From an uncultured virus (IMG/VR IMGVR_UViG_3300033806_000075) (lineage: Duplodnaviria > Heunggongvirae > Uroviricota > Caudoviricetes), in the IMG/VR virus record IMGVR_UViG_3300033806_000075: a stretch of DNA of 20,000 nucleotides. One strand, 5' to 3'. Every line of letters starts with the position of its first letter. The first letter of the stretch is position 1. Below are positions 7,883-15,673 of this stretch, one piece after another. The notes beneath the pieces are model-generated. The model searched no databases, was not told the origin of the DNA, and was given only the letters and a program-made list of their open reading frames with translations. The translations under genes were made by a program, and so were the position numbers.

Positions 7883-8085
7883 GGAGCAAACCCGACCTCC
7901 TTGCGCTGTGGGACCTGAAAAGGCCGGTTCGCCTGATCCTTCGGAACGGCGATAGCTTGGTCATCGGAGAGCGTGACGATGCCAAGCTCTTGGATGACCG
8001 CACGCTGAGCGTGTGGCGCGAAGAGGGGTATTGGACGTTGGTCCACAGAGACGCCGTCGTGTCGCTTGAGAGTGCGGCGCCGTGA
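7879..8085 (+). CDS. small hypothetical protein (68 aa)
   Basis: ATGA overlap upstream and GTGA overlap downstream. Confidence 0.7.
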   Translation: MRSKPDLLALWDLKRPVRLILRNGDSLVIGERDDAKLLDDRTLSVWREEGYWTLVHRDAVVSLESAAP

Positions 8086-8282
8086 CCGCCCTGATCTTAG
8101 CTCACAGCGCCGTGGCCGCTGGGAGCTTGGCTGTCGGCGTGGCCGCGTGGTGTCTGCTGACTGCCGATCGACGGAGCGATACGACCAACGATTGGTACCT
8201 CGGCTGGTGGTTCTGGGCTTGGTTGGCAGGCATGACGGGCATGGCGGCAATCTGGATGTGGCTACGGGCGATAGACGTATGA
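8082..8282 (+). CDS. small two-TM membrane protein
   Basis: Two hydrophobic segments, Trp-rich; GTGA overlap. Confidence 0.65.
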   Translation: MTALILAHSAVAAGSLAVGVAAWCLLTADRRSDTTNDWYLGWWFWAWLAGMTGMAAIWMWLRAIDV

Positions 8283-8303
8283 CCATTACTAGGAGATCAG
8301 CCA

Positions 8304-8498
8304 ATGACAGAAGCTTACGTAAGAACTTTTCGCCATGGGAAGTGGCAGAGCGTGCAGATCGATCAGCTTACCGACGATGAGCTAGATCAGCTCGAAAAAG
8401 ATCAACCCGACCGCGGCTGGGTTTGGGCTAAGTTTTTGACAAAGTGGATACGGGACAATGTCGTGACCCACCGAGCACAGGGGGAACAGTGGGTATGA
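8304..8498 (+). CDS. small hypothetical protein
   Basis: AGGAG SD plus ATG; ATGA overlap downstream. Confidence 0.7.
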   Translation: MTEAYVRTFRHGKWQSVQIDQLTDDELDQLEKDQPDRGWVWAKFLTKWIRDNVVTHRAQGEQWV

Positions 8499-8827
8499 AT
8501 ATGCAATCCGTACTCGCGCAAATGGCCCCGCACCAGCCTGCCGTAGAGATGGCCGATCCGTACATCTGGGAGCTGTGGTGCAAGCGAACTCGGCAATCGC
8601 GATATCAGCTCCTGCGGAACGTTCGCGATCTCGATGAGGCCAAGCAGATCGTCCGAGCCGCATTGCCAAATCAGCAGTTCTGGATCCTGGCGATCGGGCC
8701 GTGGGACCAACTTGTCTGCATGGATTTCTCACTTCGGCCACGCTTTGGCCGGGAACCCGAGTGTCGGTGTATGGGAGCGACGATTTGGTTCGTGGACGCG
8801 ACCAAGCTGGGAGGGTCCAGGTCGTGA
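8495..8827 (+). CDS. hypothetical protein
   Basis: ATGA and GTGA coupling on the two ends. Confidence 0.65.
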   Translation: MNMQSVLAQMAPHQPAVEMADPYIWELWCKRTRQSRYQLLRNVRDLDEAKQIVRAALPNQQFWILAIGPWDQLVCMDFSLRPRFGREPECRCMGATIWFVDATKLGGSRS

Positions 8828-9093
8828 CATGGTATGTGCTCCGCACCAATTCCGGTGATTACCTGGGGTGGATCCCGGTTCCTTCATGTGGCAACGGTGC
8901 GCAGCGAGGGCTTCCTGTGCCATGTAGTCTGATGAACGCCCTGGTGTTTCCCACCCGCGAAGAGGCGGAGCGGAAATCCGAGCGAGTGCTCAACGCCACC
9001 GGTCTCTCTTCGGCTCCGGTGCGGCTCCGAATGAAGCTAGAGGATCGGGGCCGAGAGGCCCTGGTAACCGTGCACGCGGAGGGTTCGCCATGA
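8824..9093 (+). CDS. hypothetical protein, paralog of 9090..9377
   Basis: GTGA overlap; WYVLRTNSGDYLG motif. Confidence 0.7.
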   Translation: MTWYVLRTNSGDYLGWIPVPSCGNGAQRGLPVPCSLMNALVFPTREEAERKSERVLNATGLSSAPVRLRMKLEDRGREALVTVHAEGSP

Positions 9094-9377
9094 GCATGTT
9101 CTACACACGCCCCCGTATGGGTCAGTGGTACGTTTGCCAGGTTGCGGACGGCCAGTACCTCGGCCAAAAGTGGGAAATGGTTAACCAGAGTCCGCGCCGA
9201 CCGAGAGATGCTTTGGTATCGCTTCAGGACGCGACCAAATACTTCACCCTGACTGAAGCCCGGCGGGAGGCCATTCGGGCCGTCGAGAATCTTGGAGTGC
9301 ACGCAGTGCCTGTTCCAATCCGCATCGAGGGTCGCGGTCGTGATGCGCAGATCAAGCTCGATAAAGTAGACGGATGA
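9090..9377 (+). CDS. hypothetical protein, paralog of 8824..9093
   Basis: ATGA overlap, GGAGG SD; WYVCQVADGQYLG motif. Confidence 0.7.
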   Translation: MSMFYTRPRMGQWYVCQVADGQYLGQKWEMVNQSPRRPRDALVSLQDATKYFTLTEARREAIRAVENLGVHAVPVPIRIEGRGRDAQIKLDKVDG

Positions 9378-9766
9378 TAATCATGCGAACCCCAACAATC
9401 GTGGATCACAAGTCTGTCGACATCAAGGCTGCGAGGGATACACTCGCCGAGCGGAACCGCCGGCGGGCCGAGGAGAAGCCGGCCGAAAACAAAGCATGCA
9501 TCCAGGAGCAAGACGCCGTGTGCAAAGCCCGGGCCGCGGCCCTGCGCGAGCGCGGGCAAAAGAAAGGAATGCGTCTGACGCGAGCCGAACTCGGCGAGGT
9601 CCTGCCGAAACAACCGCCAAATCCCCCGCCCAACTCTAACCCGAAAGGAGCGACCGATAGTCCAACTGTGCTTCCTGACAATCTACCCACTGGTCTGGCC
9701 GTTGGCCTGGATAGTCGCCAGCCCGCTGGCCGCCAGCCTCGCACTAGCACAGCTCGCCGTCGCTGA
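9374..9766 (+). CDS. hypothetical protein
   Basis: ATGA overlap; basic helical N-terminus and Pro-rich tail. Confidence 0.55.
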   Translation: MIIMRTPTIVDHKSVDIKAARDTLAERNRRRAEEKPAENKACIQEQDAVCKARAAALRERGQKKGMRLTRAELGEVLPKQPPNPPPNSNPKGATDSPTVLPDNLPTGLAVGLDSRQPAGRQPRTSTARRR

Positions 9767-9775
9767 GCCGGCAGA

Positions 9776-9961
9776 ATGCCGGTGCGGCTTTCGGGAACTA
9801 CCTTGACCCGCGACATCACCCGGGCGATCCGGCGGCGGTCCGCCGCCACACGGTTTCGGCTCATCGCCTTTCCGCGTACCTGCCTGATGGTGGCGATGCT
9901 TCTTCTGGTGGTCGTCGGGACGATCCTCGGGGCGATCGTCACGCTCTGGCTACTTTCGTGA
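9776..9961 (+). CDS. small membrane protein
   Basis: Basic N-terminus followed by one long hydrophobic helix. Confidence 0.55.
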   Translation: MPVRLSGTTLTRDITRAIRRRSAATRFRLIAFPRTCLMVAMLLLVVVGTILGAIVTLWLLS

Positions 9962-9995
9962 CTCTCAACTTTCCCGCGGTCCGAAGGAGGCTGCC

Positions 9996-10265
9996 GTGAT
10001 CTGGTGCTGGCTACTCGGTGGTTATCGAGACGTGCCTCGACGACGGCTCGTGATGGACTACATATCCGCAGCCAAAGATCCACCGCAACCTTCCGAAGAC
10101 CCCGGCCGCTGGCTTCGGAGTCGGTATTCAGGGGCGCCGACCCAGCCGCCGCAAGACCCGGACTCGGACGGCTGCCTGCTGCCGCTAGTCATGGTCCTCG
10201 CCATCGTTGTGATCATGATTTTGATGGTCTGGGCCGTCCCACAGATCGCGCACCCCGCACCCTGA
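9996..10265 (+). CDS. small membrane protein
   Basis: AAGGAGG SD plus GTG; C-terminal TM helix GCLLPLVMVLAIVVIMILMVWAV. Confidence 0.65.
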   Translation: MIWCWLLGGYRDVPRRRLVMDYISAAKDPPQPSEDPGRWLRSRYSGAPTQPPQDPDSDGCLLPLVMVLAIVVIMILMVWAVPQIAHPAP

Positions 10266-10315
10266 TAGGGCAGCCACCCCCACCCCCCCCTGCCCTATCT
10301 TGCCCAACCGGGGGG
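10264..10315. other. 10-bp perfect hairpin with C-rich loop and downstream G6
   Basis: gatagggcag (10264-10273) / ctgccctatc (10290-10299); 16-nt loop of mostly C; gggggg at 10310-10315. Confidence 0.6.
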
Positions 10316-10342
10316 ATTACCTGACCTGAACCCCTTGCCTGA

Positions 10343-10669
10343 TTGGAGACCTTGATGAGAACCGGAGGCCAGACCGTGGACTTGACCGACCAGTCGCCGA
10401 CGCTAGAGATATCCCGCGCGCAGTGGAAAGAATTGAACCAACTCGCCGCTGAGGGCCAGCTCCTGCGCAATGCTGAGGGACCGTGGCGCCGGCTTGGGCA
10501 CGGCAATTTACGGGAGCACCTGGAGATCGTGATTGAGATGGAGATCGCCATTGCGCGGCAGGCTATCCTACCGCGTGGAGCGCGAGAGGCGCAGGTTCCG
10601 GCTCAATCAAGGGCGCGGAACCAGACTGCAGCCGCTCGGCGAGGTACAGGCCGCCGGCCAGTAGCCTGA
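10343..10669 (+). CDS. hypothetical protein (start may be 10355)
   Basis: GGAG SD before ATG 10355; 3' end overlaps the convergent gene. Confidence 0.5.
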   Translation: METLMRTGGQTVDLTDQSPTLEISRAQWKELNQLAAEGQLLRNAEGPWRRLGHGNLREHLEIVIEMEIAIARQAILPRGAREAQVPAQSRARNQTAAARRGTGRRPVA

Positions 10670-10832
10670 TCGCCTTGGCTAGCGCGTCCTGCTTGAGACA
10701 GCGATTCTTGATGCAGTACAGTTCGAGCTGAGTGTCGCTCTCAAGTGGGATCGCCAGCGAGATTTTCACCATCGCAACGGCTTTGATAGGCTTCAGCCTG
10801 CGAGTCCTTCCGGCCATCGGCGTTCCTTCCAT
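10563..10832 (-). CDS. small ribbon-helix-helix-like DNA-binding protein
   Basis: Basic tail then alternating strand VKISLAIP and two helices (ESDTQLELYCIKN, KQDALAKAIRLL). Confidence 0.55.
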   Translation of the reverse strand: MEGTPMAGRTRRLKPIKAVAMVKISLAIPLESDTQLELYCIKNRCLKQDALAKAIRLLAGGLYLAERLQSGSAPLIEPEPAPLALHAVG

Positions 10833-10894
10833 GCTTTGAGGGTCGCGTTTTGACCGTGCTTTTGTCCATGTTTTCGAGTTTGGCTGGCTTGGGG

Positions 10895-10967
10895 TTAGGT
10901 AGCTTCCTAGCCAGCTTTCTGTCCAGGTTTCTGTCTAGCTGTCTAGGCCAGGTATCTGCCTGCTTTT
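10895..10967. promoter_or_regulatory. tetramer-periodic array (candidate RHH operator/centromere-like site)
   Basis: ttag gtag cttc ctag ccag cttt ctgt ccag gttt ctgt ctag ctgt ctag g ccag gtat ctgc ctgc tttt, in the divergent intergenic region upstream of the RHH-like gene. Confidence 0.55.
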
Positions 10968-11040
10968 ATCGGCGGCGACGGGCCGGCGACGGGAGCGAAA
11001 CCGTGGGCAGGTAGAGGCGGAAGGGGAGTGGAGAGGTACC

Positions 11041-11406
11041 ATGGAAACGATCAATTCTACTGGCTGGCGACCGACGAGTGAACCTCCCAAGGCTCCTCCC
11101 AATACGGCGACGCCGGTCATTGTATATGTACAAAACGTAAACAGAGTCCATTCTGTCTACGGTGCTTGGTGGCTCGATCACTATCTAATGAGTGAGAATG
11201 AGGATGAGAGCGACCGCATACTCGGATTCTTTGAGGCTGACGGGGAGCGATGGGAACCGCTCGAAGGCGCTCTTGCTTGGCAGCCGATGCCGGCTCCGCC
11301 TGGCTTCTGCGAGCATTGCGTGCCCGACGGCGACTGGTGCCCCGATTGCAATAGGGCAAGCAAGGAAGCTCGGGCAGAGGCAGAAAAAGAGCAAGCGGAT
11401 GACTGA
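11041..11406 (+). CDS. DUF551-like phage protein with C-terminal CxxC..CxxC
   Basis: GWRPTSEPP...LAWQPMPAPP pattern; CEHC and CPDC; GGAGAGGT SD. Confidence 0.65.
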   Translation: METINSTGWRPTSEPPKAPPNTATPVIVYVQNVNRVHSVYGAWWLDHYLMSENEDESDRILGFFEADGERWEPLEGALAWQPMPAPPGFCEHCVPDGDWCPDCNRASKEARAEAEKEQADD

Positions 11407-11489
11407 GGCTGAGATCGTCAGATTCCTCGAGGCGGACCCTGAAGGCCGCGCATGAAATGGCCCAGCCGCGGGGCCGTGCTACGAGGTGA

Positions 11490-11777
11490 CTATCCGAGTG
11501 TTCGAGCCGCCCGATCCGCCTCTCGGTGACAATCCGGGCACAGGTATACCACCAGAAATGGCTGTTCGTAGTCCGGATGATGTCGCTCTAACCGCTTATC
11601 CTGGCCGCACTGCTGGCATGCCGCCGGCCGGCGAAGCAAGCCAAGAATCTCAGCTACGTGGGAAGCGCGCCGGGTTGCGCGGATCCGAACCGATCGAGTG
11701 AGGGACAGGTTGACCGTCGCGTCTATTGCTCGCCGCAGACGGCGATGAAGCAATTTCCGGCGGCGGTTATTCAGCAC
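11490..11777 (-). CDS. small HNH-like zinc-binding protein
   Basis: CQQCG...ERHHPDYEQPFLVVYLCPDCH matches the phage HHxDYxxP..LCxxCH type; start uncertain. Confidence 0.7.
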   Translation of the reverse strand: MLNNRRRKLLHRRLRRAIDATVNLSLTRSVRIRATRRASHVAEILGLLRRPAACQQCGQDKRLERHHPDYEQPFLVVYLCPDCHREADRAARTLG

Positions 11778-11815
11778 GGAGAATCGTGTTTGACAGCCAA
11801 AGAGAGGAGTGCTTC

Positions 11816-12184
11816 ATGATTGAGAGACTCACCTCGCTCGCAATAGACGAGCTGTCCGGCAAGACGATTCGGGGAGTTGTCGTCAGTGGAGATGATGACT
11901 GTGTCCTGTTCGTCTTCGATGACAAGACGTATCTATTCTTGAGAGCGAAACAGAACTGGGGCGATGGCGCTGAGTTTAACATCGAAGATCCATACACCTC
12001 CTATCTGCTGGACGAGATGAATAACGGGAAACTCGCCGAGCTAAAAGTTTTTACGCCAGAGGAGATTGCCTCATATCACCAGACAAGCAAGCAGGAGCAA
12101 GCGGCAAGAGAGAAGGAGACGCGACGAAGCCAATGGATGGAGCTAGACAAGGAATTCGGCAGTGAGCAAACCGGCTCACATTGA
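11816..12184 (+). CDS. hypothetical phage protein
   Basis: GAGGAG SD plus ATG 11816; acidic globular sequence with a C-terminal helix. Confidence 0.75.
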   Translation: MIERLTSLAIDELSGKTIRGVVVSGDDDCVLFVFDDKTYLFLRAKQNWGDGAEFNIEDPYTSYLLDEMNNGKLAELKVFTPEEIASYHQTSKQEQAAREKETRRSQWMELDKEFGSEQTGSH

Positions 12185-12327
12185 GATTCCTAACCCTTGG
12201 AGTCCCGCTCGTGTTCCACGACCAGTCTCTAGCCAGTGCGCGGGCTGACCTGGACAAGCAGACCAGCAAAAAAACAACTTAGTGGAAACATTCGCCCTCA
12301 GCTTCCTCGCCTTCGAGGGAACCGGTC

Positions 12328-12588
12328 ATGTCTGACAACAAAGATGATGTTATTACGATCCGAGCCAACAAGCTTCGCGACAGTGTCCCCGAATGGCCAA
12401 AATGGAAACTCGGTGGGCACGGCGCCAGACTGCTGGCCTACTCGCGCGTCCGGGGCATGGTCTTTCGCGGAGAGTCATTGGTCAGTCATAAAGAGGCTAA
12501 GGAAAATCTTCGTTACCAGATTTGCGGTTGGGAAGAGGAAGATCCGTCCGGTCCTGAAACCTTAACCTCCTCTTCTCCTTCCGCGTGA
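12328..12588 (+). CDS. hypothetical protein
   Basis: GAGGG SD plus ATG; overlaps the convergent gene by about 90 bp. Confidence 0.5.
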   Translation: MSDNKDDVITIRANKLRDSVPEWPKWKLGGHGARLLAYSRVRGMVFRGESLVSHKEAKENLRYQICGWEEEDPSGPETLTSSSPSA

Positions 12589-12979
12589 GGCACGGTTTCG
12601 GCTTCTCCGGCAGCTTTGGTTCCAACTTAGGCTCGGTTCGCAGGTCCCGGAACAACGCGGGGTGATCCTCGATGCCCGTGAGAGCACAGACCGCACAGCA
12701 GAGCCGAGAGCCCTCCGGGTAAGGCCCGTAGTGCGGACAGGCGGACTGCGGAGTGAATGGCTGGCACGGGAAGTGAAGCACCAGTTGCGGCCCTCTGCGC
12801 GGGTGCGTAGAGAGGTACTCCCGGTATCGTTGCGTCGCTCGCTTCCGCGCCCGCGCGATGCCGAGCTGGATGCGGCGTACTTTAACGCCAGCGCTATCGG
12901 CGATCTGGCGGATCGTGAGCCCGCAGCGAAGCTGGTCCAGCCAGTCAGTTTCTTTGGCTTGGATGGCGAGGCTACTCAT
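12497..12979 (-). CDS. HTH protein with Cys/His metal-binding domain
   Basis: GLTIRQIADSAGVKVRRIQLGIARA HTH; CPH...CCAVC; ATGA overlap with upstream gene. Confidence 0.75.
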   Translation of the reverse strand: MSSLAIQAKETDWLDQLRCGLTIRQIADSAGVKVRRIQLGIARARKRATQRYREYLSTHPRRGPQLVLHFPCQPFTPQSACPHYGPYPEGSRLCCAVCALTGIEDHPALFRDLRTEPKLEPKLPEKPKPCLTRKEKRRLRFQDRTDLPLPNRKSGNEDFP

Positions 12980-13245
12980 TTTGGTTGGCGGGTCCGGTTT
13001 GTCACCAATTCCTGCCAGCGTTGGTTTTTGCTGGCGAGAGCAGCGATCAGGATCTTGCGTGGAGCAAGCTCGAGATCGAGCGCTTTGGCAAGATCCTCGA
13101 TCTTGCGAAGTGACAGGGATTTTTGGTGTTCCATAAAGGCTCGAAGATCGCGCCGTGTGATCCCGGCTAGCCGGGATATTTCATCGTGCCTCAAGGGGCT
13201 GACCCAGTATTCGGCGCGGACTGAGTCTGAGAGGGACGCTGGCAT
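12976..13245 (-). CDS. Cro/C1-type HTH protein
   Basis: DEISRLAGITRRDLRAFMEHQKSLSLRKIEDLAKALDLEL; paralogous to 13931..14155. Confidence 0.75.
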   Translation of the reverse strand: MPASLSDSVRAEYWVSPLRHDEISRLAGITRRDLRAFMEHQKSLSLRKIEDLAKALDLELAPRKILIAALASKNQRWQELVTNRTRQPK

Positions 13246-13269
13246 GGACTCACATTTTCAAGAAGCGAC

Positions 13270-13926
13270 TTAATTTGTGGGACGCAGGCCAAAGGCTTGA
13301 TACTGGGTTTGGCGGTTCCGCCAGTTGGAGACGATCGCCTCGAGAGAACCGGGCTGGCTGGGTAGTGGATTCGCGGGTGGGCGGGAGCCGTCGCTTCCCG
13401 ACCCACCGCGAGATGAGCGAGCGAAGAAGATGGCGAACTGCGGCGTGCTGAGGCGTTCGCGCAGCACCTCGGGCGCAGGACGTCCGCTGACCTTGTCTCG
13501 GACGACAAGTGATGCGCAGGCATCACGCGTGGTCTCGAAATCATCCTGGAGCAGCCGGCGCACCATGGCCGCGGTCCCCGCCCGCTGCTCGGGTGTATCG
13601 CCCACGAACGCGAGGCCAGAAAAGGCCTCGGAAATCACAGCGTTCTTGCGCTCGGAGTACACTTGCTGCTCGAGCTGTGTATGGCGGGAAAGCGCCTCAG
13701 CATGCTTTTGCTCCCAGGCGCTGCGCTGCTGGGCAAGGGCTTCCTCAATCTGCCCTTTTTCGGCGAGCGCCCGCAGTCGCTCCGCTTCCTTGGCGTCGAG
13801 CGTCGCCTGCTGCAGTTTCTGGAATTCATCGAGCTGCTTCTCTAGCAAGCGCAGCCGCTGATATTCATCCTCGGGCACGGGAATCCAACCCGGCGTTTGA
13901 GACTGCGGTTCATTCGATGTTGGCAC
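13270..13926 (-). CDS. coiled-coil protein resembling phage capsid scaffolding proteins
   Basis: GAGGTG SD plus GTG 13926; long charged coiled coil (AEKGQIEEAL), FAIFF then GGSGS linker and short terminal helix. Confidence 0.6.
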   Translation of the reverse strand: MPTSNEPQSQTPGWIPVPEDEYQRLRLLEKQLDEFQKLQQATLDAKEAERLRALAEKGQIEEALAQQRSAWEQKHAEALSRHTQLEQQVYSERKNAVISEAFSGLAFVGDTPEQRAGTAAMVRRLLQDDFETTRDACASLVVRDKVSGRPAPEVLRERLSTPQFAIFFARSSRGGSGSDGSRPPANPLPSQPGSLEAIVSNWRNRQTQYQAFGLRPTN

Positions 13927-13930
13927 GGAC

Positions 13931-14155
13931 TCACCTCTTCTTTGCTCTCCGGACGGCCCGGCTCTGGACAAGCCGCAAGCCCAGGACTTCGGCCAGCCGA
14001 TCTACGGTCTCCAGGCTGAGCGCGGATTTGCCGGCCAGGAATCGGCTGATCGTCGCGCGGTCGACGCCTGCTGTGCCGGCCAGGCTGTAGGCGCTACCGT
14101 AGGCGAGAATCGCCTGACGGAGATGATCGGAGATCAAACTGCTTCCGGCTGGCAT
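13931..14155 (-). CDS. Cro/C1-type HTH protein
   Basis: SAYSLAGTAGVDRATISRFLAGKSALSLETVDRLAEVLGLRL. Confidence 0.85.
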   Translation of the reverse strand: MPAGSSLISDHLRQAILAYGSAYSLAGTAGVDRATISRFLAGKSALSLETVDRLAEVLGLRLVQSRAVRRAKKR

Positions 14156-14277
14156 GACGATGGACTCGCTTCAGATCCGAGGATCACCAATTTCCTCTTT
14201 CTGGAAGCCACGCCACTTCAGTGGCAGTGGAGGAAAGAAAGCGCGTTGCACTAGAGCTGCGACGTAGGGACTGCTCT

Positions 14278-15156
14278 TCAGCCATCATCGATGCTCCGAT
14301 TTGGTTCGATGTGGTCGTGACGCGACTTCAGAATCCTTGCGACACAGGTGGACGACCACTTCGCGGGCCAGTTCGTGGGCCGGCAATAGGGGATGCCGCG
14401 ACGGTTGAGTTCTCGAGCAATCTCTCGCCGAGTCTTGCCAGTGCGCTGAAGGTCTTCAATTAGTCTGTATGTCTCGAGGTCAACTTGCCACGGTCTGTCG
14501 AACGAGGACGCCTGCCATTGGCTAGCCCGCTTGGGAGGGACTCCGGCCGCATCAAGCTCCCGGGCGATAGCCCGTAGACTTGCGCCCTCCTGTGCACGCC
14601 GAAAAACCATCTCAATCGCTACCTGCTCTGCTGCATCGATGACCAGGGCCTTGCCGTCGGCGCCGACCCGCCATCCATACGGCACCTGTCCCAACCGCTC
14701 GCCCCGGGCCCGCTTGGCAGCCATCACGGTCTGGGTCCGGACGCTCGCCAGCAGCCGCTCGTGTTCAGCCATCGCGTCTAAGATACGACCCATCAAAATC
14801 GAGCTCGGCGTGTCGTCGCCAGTTCCCTCGCCGGCGACCGAGACAAACCTGGCACATCGAGATTTGATCGCCCGCTCGATTACGGCGCACTCGTAGGGGT
14901 CCGCGCGAAAGAGCCGGTCTCGCTTGGCGACTAGGAGAGTATCGTCGCGGCCGAGCGCGGCTATCGCTGTGACCAGACCCGGTCGCTTGTGCAGTGGCTT
15001 GCCGGCGGAGATACCCTCATCAGCGCACTCGGCCGAAATCGGCCACCCGGCCCGGCCGGCATAGGCGCGGCAGGTCTCACGCTGGGTTTCTAGGGACAGC
15101 CCGCGGTCGGCCTGATCCTCCGTGCTGACACGGACGTAGATGACGGCGTTGGACAG
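14278..15156 (-). CDS. serine recombinase (resolvase domain plus duplicated recombinase DNA-binding motif), about 292 aa
   Basis: Hand translation upstream of ORF 14278..14796 gives AVIYVRVSTEDQ..GLSLETQ, DEGISA, RPGL, LLVAKRDRLFR, ILDAMAEHER. No ATG/GTG/TTG before the catalytic motif; CTG at 15156 used as start. Confidence 0.9.
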   Translation of the reverse strand: MSNAVIYVRVSTEDQADRGLSLETQRETCRAYAGRAGWPISAECADEGISAGKPLHKRPGLVTAIAALGRDDTLLVAKRDRLFRADPYECAVIERAIKSRCARFVSVAGEGTGDDTPSSILMGRILDAMAEHERLLASVRTQTVMAAKRARGERLGQVPYGWRVGADGKALVIDAAEQVAIEMVFRRAQEGASLRAIARELDAAGVPPKRASQWQASSFDRPWQVDLETYRLIEDLQRTGKTRREIARELNRRGIPYCRPTNWPAKWSSTCVARILKSRHDHIEPNRSIDDG

Positions 15157-15480
15157 GGGTGCAGACTCAGTGTTTCACGGCACGAGGCGCAAATTGCGTT
15201 GCGCCTGCGCCGCGATTGGAAACGTTGCGCCACAGCAACGCATTGGGCGCAGATCCGCGCCGTTTCGGCGACTAGGCCGGAAAGGGTGACACACACCGGA
15301 CGGTGCGTATCAGAGTATACGACACGATCGGCACGATCGTGCTCGCCGACGGTGCAGACCACCCGGGTAAAAATTTCCCGAAAACGCCTCTGCACCTGTG
15401 GAAGAGGGAGAACGTGATTGACTAGGATCACAAGCTGCCCACACCTCCTGGCCCTAGCCTACCGCCAAGACTGTGTCGGT
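15157..15480. promoter_or_regulatory. non-coding region with palindromes (candidate res/att site and promoter)
   Basis: gcacgatcgtgc palindrome at 15331-15342, cacgatcg twice, cgttgc-N6-gcaacg, cgggtaaaaatttcccg; directly upstream of the recombinase. Confidence 0.4.
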
Positions 15481-15673
15481 CCGAATTGCTGTTTTTACTG
15501 TGCCGCGCCGTGTGCCGAAGAGCATACGGCACGCTTGGGCTCGGACGGTGGCCCCGAGAGAAGCTTCGCGTGGCTAGTCTAGGGGGCCGGAGAGGAGACG
15601 GATTGGGTCGCCGTGAGTGGGAGCTGGAGTATTACTCTGATATGCTGCGAGCCATCGAATCCGGCGGCGATCG

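Noticed and set aside
12662..14090. Long + strand ORFs (12662..13273, 13325..13861, 13509..14090)
   Set aside because: Antisense shadows of better-supported - strand genes.
14191..14236. Imperfect hairpin upstream of the HTH gene
   Set aside because: Core stem is only 5 bp (gccac-ttca-gtggc); could be an operator or terminator but too weak to call.
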